Assembly: GCA_951406725.2 (NCBI GenBank)
Contig: OX597840.1
Coordinates: forward strand, 15,810,001 to 15,874,000
Direction: 5' to 3'
Source of the DNA: Octopus vulgaris
Taxonomy: Eukaryota
Length of the DNA: 64,000 nt
In this document: piece by piece, positions 57,197 through 64,000 of the stretch
Numbering within the stretch: the stretch's first letter is position 1
Layout of the letters: every line of letters starts with the position of its first letter
Made by a program: the position numbers and the translations under genes
The notes under the pieces: model-generated
What the model was told of the DNA's origin: nothing
The model's input: the letters and a program-made list of their open reading frames with translations, nothing else
Databases searched by the model: none

Positions 57197-57413
57197 AAGA
57201 CGGTGAGCTGGCAGAAACGTTAGCACGCCGGGCAAAATGCATAGCCGTATTTCGTCTGCCGTTACTTTCTGGGTTCAAATTCCGCCGAGGTCGACTTTGC
57301 CTTTCATCCTTTCGGGGTCGATAAATTAAGTACCAGTTACGCACTGGGTTCGATGTAATCGACTTAATCCATTTGTTTGTCCCCTCTGTGTTTAGCCCCT
57401 TGTGGGCTAATAA
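57197..57413 (+). mobile_element. SINE family B
   Basis: GGTGAGCTGGCAGAAACGTTAGCACGCCGGG...GGTTCAAATTCCGCCGAGGTCGAC...GTGGGCTAATAA. Confidence 0.82.
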
Positions 57414-57801
57414 GGTTGTCTTATTCACTATTTTACAACCATAAGCCAGAAATATATATGTCACTAAAGTAGCTGAGGGCACTAGTCAATGCTAGTATTG
57501 CTAGAAATAGGACTTAAAACAACTCATAGCCACAAGAGAGCACTTATCTTAATGACTGACAAGGGAAGCAAGCTCCCCACAATACCTGGGCATAGCCAGA
57601 TCACCAGTGGTCTTGCTTTTTTAGTAATGCTTGTCAGTGGCTCTTACTGACGCCTAGGATTAAACTTAACTCACCTTGTCTGCTTACTGTAGAAATCATA
57701 CGCTGATTTCCTAAATGGAAAAAGTGAAAATTATAAATAATAAGGGTCGCTTGTTCACAATTTTACAACTGAAAGGCAGAAATATATACACCACTAGTGT
57801 T

Positions 57802-57924
<123 letters not shown>

Positions 57925-58092
57925 TATATACGACGGCTTCTTTCAGTTTCCGTCTACCAAATACACTCACAAGGCTTTGGTTGACCCGAGGCTATAGTAG
58001 AAGACATTTGCCCAAGGTGCCACACAGTGGGACTGAACCTGGAACCATGTGGTTCGTAAAGAAGCTACTTACCATACAGCCACTCCTGCGCC
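57925..58092 (-). mobile_element. SINE family A, 5' part
   Basis: CTTCTTTCAGTTTCCGTCTACCAAAT...TTGCCCAAGGTGCCACACAGTGGGACTGAACC. Confidence 0.75.
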
Positions 58093-58111
58093 TATGTAAA
58101 TATATATATAT

Positions 58112-58589
58112 GTTGGCCGATGAAAGTACTGTCTGATTGGTACTCGTGCCAGTGGAATGTTAAAAGCACATCTGTGCGTGATCATTGCCAGGGCCATGAA
58201 ATGGTTCCTGTGCCGGTGACATGTGAAAAGCACCATTTGAGCATGATCGTTGCCAGCTTCACCTTACTGGCACACGTGACAGTGGCACGCGAAAAACAAC
58301 ATTTGAGTGTGGTCGTTGCCAGTGCTGCCGGACTGACTCCCGTACAGGTAGCATGTAAAAACACCTTTTGAGCGTGAGCGTAGTCATTGCCAGAACCGCC
58401 CAACTGGCCCTTGAGCCGATGGCACATAAAAAATTACCCACTACACTCTTGAAGTGGTTGGCATTAGGAAGGGCATCTAGCTGTGGAAACTTTGCTAGAT
58501 CAGACTGAGCCTGGTGCAGCCTCTGGCTCACCAGTCAAACTGTCCAACCCATGCCAGCATGGAAAGCGGACATTAAACGATGATGATGA

Positions 58590-58591
<2 letters not shown>
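58112..58591 (+). mobile_element. SINE family C with internal ~55-bp tandem subrepeats
   Basis: Repeated CATGTRAAAAGCACCATTTGAG...CGTTGCCAG units; GGAAGGGCATCTAGCTGT; (GAT)n tail. Confidence 0.68.
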
Positions 58592-58636
<45 letters not shown>

Positions 58637-58670
58637 TCAAACGATCTATATATATATATATATATATATA

Positions 58671-59350
58671 TAGGTATGTAGAAAAATACAACATGGACAA
58701 GAACGTATAACTCTTAGAAGACGACACAATAAACACGGACAGGACATTCGAAACCCTCAGTCTTCAGTCAAGAACCGGATCATCGTAGTAATTTCGGCTG
58801 ATTAATCTTGAGATTACTAGATCACGGCCAGCCCTCCAAGAAAAACCAAGCAACGAGCATTAGAAAAACTAAGCTGGAAGCGTAGATTTCCTGGAAGAAG
58901 GATCGAATGCATACGAACACTAGGACAGCAAAAGGGACAGATATAAAAAAACAAAAAACAATAATGGAATACAGAAACATGAAATACAGAAGCATTAACG
59001 GTGAAAACAACAGTGTCTTACGACTGATAACAAGCAAACAAATTTTTTCTCTGGCGCAATGGAAAAAGCCTTTATAGTGGCGGACGAAAACAGCGATGTT
59101 AACAGAACGAGGGTCAGAGGCTGAAAGGCAGATTTCGGCCAACAGTCACGTGACAGAGAACGTATTGGAAAAGAAAAGAAAGAGAAGCAAAGGAAGAGAG
59201 AGAGAGAGGAGGGACAAACGCAATATAGAGATAAGAGAGATATAAAGAAGGAATCAGAGAGGAGAAGGGATGGGTGTCGAAGAATGACCTGTGAGTGCAG
59301 AGCGAGACAAAGCACTATTAGGAGGGTAGTGGAAGACTTTGACCAAAGAA
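58671..59350. mobile_element. 843-bp family element, partial
   Basis: Starts at the same AGGTATGTAGAAAAATAC boundary, inside (TA)n. Confidence 0.85.
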
Positions 59351-59859
59351 TATATATATATATATATACTCTAATTTAATCTTATTTACTCTTCTTTACT
59401 TGTTTCAGTCATTTGACTGCGTTGCCAGTGCTGCCGAGACTGACCGCCTTTAATCGAGCAACTGTAAACCCCGGGACTTATTCTTTTGTAAGCCCAGTGA
59501 CTTAGTCTGCCAGGTCTCTTTTGGCCACGAACCGCTAAGTGACGGGGACATAAAGGGCATCACTAGCTGTGGAAACTTTGCTAGATCAGACTGAGCCTGG
59601 TGCAGCCTCTGGCTCACCAGTCAAACTGTCCAACCCAATATATACAATTGATTTCTTTCAGTTTCTGTCTACAAAATCCACTGACAAGGCTTTGGTTGGT
59701 CTGAGGCTATAGCAGAAGATACATGCCAAGTTACCACACAGTGGGACTGAACTGAGGACCATGTGCTTTGGAACCAAGTTTGTTACCACACAGCTACACC
59801 TGCACCTATGTATGTGTGTGTGTGTGTATATATACATATACGAACGTATTGTACATATA

Positions 59860-59922
<63 letters not shown>

Positions 59923-60048
59923 TTATTTATTGTTATATTTCGGAATGGTCATTTTGCCAGTTTAGCCAATAAAAACACACGCACTATATATTTGGTGTGA
60001 CTTTGCTTCAGTGTAATTTATTTTTTACATTAATCTTAATCTTATTTC

Positions 60049-60093
60049 GGCCAGAGTTCTTTCGTCACACTCCTGTGACCGCATCAGTGGTCC
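60049..60093 (-). ncRNA. Type I hammerhead-like motif (core variant) in PLE 3' region
   Basis: Minus strand GGACCA-CUGAUGCG-GUCACA-GGAG-UGUGAC-GAAA-GAAC-UC-UGGCC: stem I CCA/UGG, 6-bp helix II, minimal helix III, CUC triplet. A9 is replaced by CG. Confidence 0.55.
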
Positions 60094-60261
60094 TTTGTTT
60101 TCTTCTTTTTTATTTGTGTCTCTCCTTACTAACTGTCAGCCATTTTGTATTTCTATTGCATGTCTTCATTTGCGCATGCTTATATCACTATGTGCGTCTA
60201 TGTTTATTTAGTGTGTGTGTGGGGGGGATGCCTGTAATATTTGTATCTTCTGTTTATATAC

Positions 60262-60472
60262 TCTTTACTCTTTTACTCTTTTACTTGTTTCAGTCATTTG
60301 ACTGCGGCCATGCTGGAGCACCGCCTTTAATCGAGCAACTCAACCCCGGGACTTATTCTTTGTAAGCCCAGTACTTATTCTATCGGTCTCTTTTGCCGAA
60401 CCGCTAAGTAACGGGGACATAAACACATCAGCATCGGTTGTCAAGCAATGCTAGGGGGACAACACAGACACA

Positions 60473-60519
<47 letters not shown>

Positions 60520-60682
60520 GACAGGCTTCCTTAAGTTTCCGTCTACCAAATCCACTCACAAGGCATTGGTCGGCCCGAGGCTATAGCAGAAGACACTTGC
60601 CCAAGATGCCACGCAGTGGGACTGAACCCGGAACCGTGTGGTTGGTTAGCAAGCTACTTACCACACAGCCACTCCTGCACCT
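60262..60682 (-). mobile_element. SINE family A, full length
   Basis: GTTTCAGTCATTTGACTGCGGCCATGCTGGAGCACCGCC...CTTGCCCAAG...CCACACAGCCACTCCTGC. Confidence 0.82.
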
Positions 60683-63402
60683 ATACGTTCATGTAATTTG
60701 TTTTTGTTGTTGTTGTTTTTGTTTATTCTTATTTTATTCATGTGTTTACATCCACTTATTATTATCATTACATATGCTTGAATGTATGTATGTATGCATG
60801 TATGTATAACAACAATACTAGTAATAATAATAATAATGAATAAAAAAATCTTTTAAATTAAACAAAAAAAATTATATAGTTATTTATTTCTATTTGTTTA
60901 TTTATCTGTGTATTTTATTTATTATGTTTTATGTTTTCGGTTTTCTTTATATTGTAACCAGTTTATTGGGATCCTCTACCGTCATATGTTGTGGTGTGTG
61001 CTAGTGTTCCATTCTAGTTTCCCATTCAGGCTAGGTTTGTTTTCTATTATGTGTGTAGCTTCTGTAATTTGTCTGATTGTTGCATTTGTTCTATGTGTTG
61101 ACAATATTTTAATTTCTATGTTGTTGATTGATCCCCCGTGTTCCTGTTCGGCGTGTTGGTACAGAATCGATGAGCTTTTACCTTCCTTGATTTCTCTCCA
61201 ATGTGCATTTACCCGCTCTCCTATGCTTCTTGCCGTTTCCACTACGTATGTCGTTGTCTTGTTACTGCATCGTCCCTCTATACATCTTATACTATAGACT
61301 ACATTTCTGGCTTTACAGTTTGTTTGTGGGCTAAATCTACATACAGTACAGTACTTATCCGTACAGGGTGTTCTACTAAAAGGATAGGTTCTACCGATTA
61401 TAGATTTGATAGGGTTGCCTGGCTTTTCAACAACCTTAATCCTTAGCTTAAGTTTGTCTAGGGTCCTTCTAAAGCGGTACGCCAGTTCACCTCCAGGGGT
61501 GATGTCAACGAACATGACACTCTATGGCTATCATACCAAGAGTTGGCCTTCCCTATTTTCTTTTTTTGTCCTTTCTATAGTGTTCCATGACTTGTTCCTA
61601 TAGAGTGGGCAAATCACATTCCTATCATTACATAATATATTATCAAATTTCTTCATGGCTCCTTTGTATACTCTGATCCTTTCTTTATGGCTGTAACTTG
61701 AGAACTGCATGCGGTGAATGAAATATTGTATGTGTCTCTTTAACTCTGTTGGCTCGCACATGCGTGACACATTTCTCATTATTCTGACGAGGTCTGCCAT
61801 CAAAATATTGAATTTGGCATTGTCCGCAATGGCTGAGTTCCGGTGGATCAAGTATTTGGAGGCCATAGGTTTGGCATGGTACGAATGAAGGATTTGGTTT
61901 ATATTATTCACAATTTCTAGCCAGAGTTCTGTGTCTAGTACTGGTAGTCTATGGTTGGGTTGTTTAGTGGGGTAGTATATAGTGACCTTAATACTCTTGT
62001 GGATGGAGTTAGCTATTTGCTGGATGCTCTCCATAGTATTAGTTTCTATTACTATATCAACAGTACTCTCTTGTGGGGGTACCTTTACCACTATGTTGAT
62101 ATCGTCAACATAGCGAGAGTACATGTTTACGAGTATGGAGTTCTGTGTTAGGCGTTCTTTAAGCCTTCTGTCCCACCATACCATGAAAAGGTTGGCCACA
62201 TCACCAGCGATACTAACGCTGATGGACATTTGCGGGGCTCCGTATGGCTCTGGTCCATCCGCGCCATCTTTCTATATGAGTCTTCCTAGCCATAGAAGTA
62301 ATTGTGGGTGGTCTACCCCTTAAACATCTACTGGGGCAGAAACTACTAAGATTATGTTTATCTAGGTATTCATTGTCACATGTCAGTCTAAGTAGGAGGC
62401 CCAGTTCCTCTGTGTTGACATTACGGAACTCCACCTGGCTCTCGTTGATCATCTCCACGCACTTCTCCACTGCAAAATCTACGTCGATCGATGGGTATAG
62501 GGATACCACATCCATGCTACCCACCATACATCCTGTCAGGTCACAAGTGTTCTTACAGTCATTGATCCTGCTGAGGAGATCTTCTGTGCTGTCACAAACA
62601 TCAGGTGACATCCGGATTATAGGGCGTATGATCATTGAGAGGAAGTAGGAGATTCTGTAATTGCTAGCGATATTCGCTCCACAGACTGGTCTTGTTGGTA
62701 GTCCTGCTATAGGGTCAGTGGTTACTTTATGGTCCTTGTGAAGTCCATACAGTGCCGGGATATCGTTGTTCCAGGCTTGGGAATTGTTTGCTGTGCGTTT
62801 CTGGGATCATGTATATATATATATATATATATATATGAGTTTACATCTCACTCAATCATTACACCAACCCCTAAGGGCTTAAATCCTGGGTTTTGTACCT
62901 TTGACCTTTACATTGCCAAAGCAAAAGGATTAAATCCAATAGTACCAAAACCAGTAAACATACTGTCACACCTTGTGCCCAACTAACAAAAGAGAAACAC
63001 CTACTGGCTTGTTTATAAAGTTCTGCATGCATAAATAAATTCTAAACAATAGCATAACCTCAGATTTAATCAATTAAAAATTTTCCAAAATACCTTTCCA
63101 TAACAATCAACCATAAAAAAAACTTAATCACCACCCCACTCAAACCCACACACCCAAAGTTGATTTTTAACTCAACAGAGACTGTATAAAGGCAAGACTA
63201 ACTCTAATGCATCGCAGTCTAATGATGGCTTAGCTGGCCAAAACTTTGAAGTCACTGTCAACAACATTCTTGTATAAAAATTATAAATTTGTACAAGAGT
63301 ATAGAGTAACTCATCAGATTAATTAAAATTTGTTTTATTGTTATTTTTTATTATTTTATAATTTATTATTATAACTGAACATAAAAAACAAACATTAATA
63401 TG

Positions 63403-63478
<76 letters not shown>

Positions 63479-63489
63479 CATACATATAT

Positions 63490-63921
63490 TCTTTTATTCT
63501 TTTATTTGTCTCAGTCATTTGGCTGTGGTCATGCAGGATTACCACTTTTAGTTAAACAAATCGACTCCGGGACTTATCCTTTGTAAGCCTAGCACTTACT
63601 CTATCGGTCTCTTTTGCTGAATCGCTAAGTTACGGGGAGATGAATACACCAACATCGGTTTTCAAGCAATGGTGGGGAGACAAACACAGACACAGAAACA
63701 TACATACATACATACATAAATACACACACACACACACACACACACATATATGTATATACGATGGGCTACTTTCAGTTTCCTTTCTACCAAATCCACTCAC
63801 AAGGCTTTGGTTGACCTGAGGCTATAGCAGAAGACACTTGCCCAAGGTGCCACACAGTGGGACTGAGCCCAAAAGAACCATGTGGTTGGTAATCAAGCTA
63901 TTTACCACGCATCACCTGCAC

Positions 63922-63922
<1 letters not shown>
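63490..63922 (-). mobile_element. SINE family A, full length, diverged
   Basis: Colinear with 60262-60682; flanked by (CA)n and (CT)n(TA)n. Confidence 0.78.
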
Positions 63923-63966
<44 letters not shown>

Positions 63967-64000
63967 CATGTAGGAAGGTAGACAAATCACAAACGCCTTC

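Larger units (their letters stand above)
59920..62811 (-). mobile_element. Penelope-like element (RT + GIY-YIG), decayed, 3' region interrupted by a SINE
   Basis: PALYGLHKDHK...PTRPVCGA, GSMDVVSLYPSI, YSRYVDD, LPVLD, FVDITPGGEL, CTDKYCTVC, NVVYSIRC...YVVET.R...ER...H. Frameshifts and a deletion lie between ORFs 62213, 61531 and 60982. Assigning 59920-60980 as its 3' region is inferred. Confidence 0.88.

Noticed and set aside
57197-57290. tRNA gene
   Set aside because: Only A/B-box-like SINE head sequence with no cloverleaf; it continues into a multicopy SINE body.
61515-61535. In-frame TGA between PLE ORFs as possible selenocysteine (as in Naiad PLEs)
   Set aside because: The TGA is followed by TAG-CCA-TAG, and the conserved K-x-x-x-WY residues lie in another frame, so this is frameshift decay. 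The TGAs in the 865-1460 relic fall at likely Arg (CGA to TGA) positions.
62850-63400. AT-rich unique-looking segment as organellar insertion or exon
   Set aside because: No recognisable ORF, RNA gene or splice structure by eye; left unannotated.

Overview
Eukaryotic, AT-rich window made almost entirely of repeats. No host gene or exon is supportable. The SINE families and long (TA)n tracts suggest an Octopus/cephalopod assembly (inference). Contents: two decayed Penelope-like elements (RT/GIY-YIG), two decayed APE-RT LINEs, an RLE-type (HERO-like) non-LTR element split by a complete mariner copy, a solo LTR, an internally deleted piggyBac nested among non-autonomous Helitron modules, a fold-back MITE, three SINE families, and an 843-bp non-coding element at three loci. 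After a 100-N gap lies a ~27-kb satellite block: a 141-bp palindromic monomer array that switches to a related ~704-bp unit built of nested hairpins and ends just before a Helitron 3' terminus. The most notable signals are (i) three hammerhead(-like) ribozyme motifs, one with an intact core and an 85-nt helix II; (ii) the palindromic satellite transition and its Helitron link; (iii) an inverted duplication of flanking DNA around the 843-bp element; and (iv) a shared, covarying LINE/SINE 3' stem-loop. Most ORFs in the supplied track are microsatellite or satellite artefacts. All translations, alignments and folds were done by eye.
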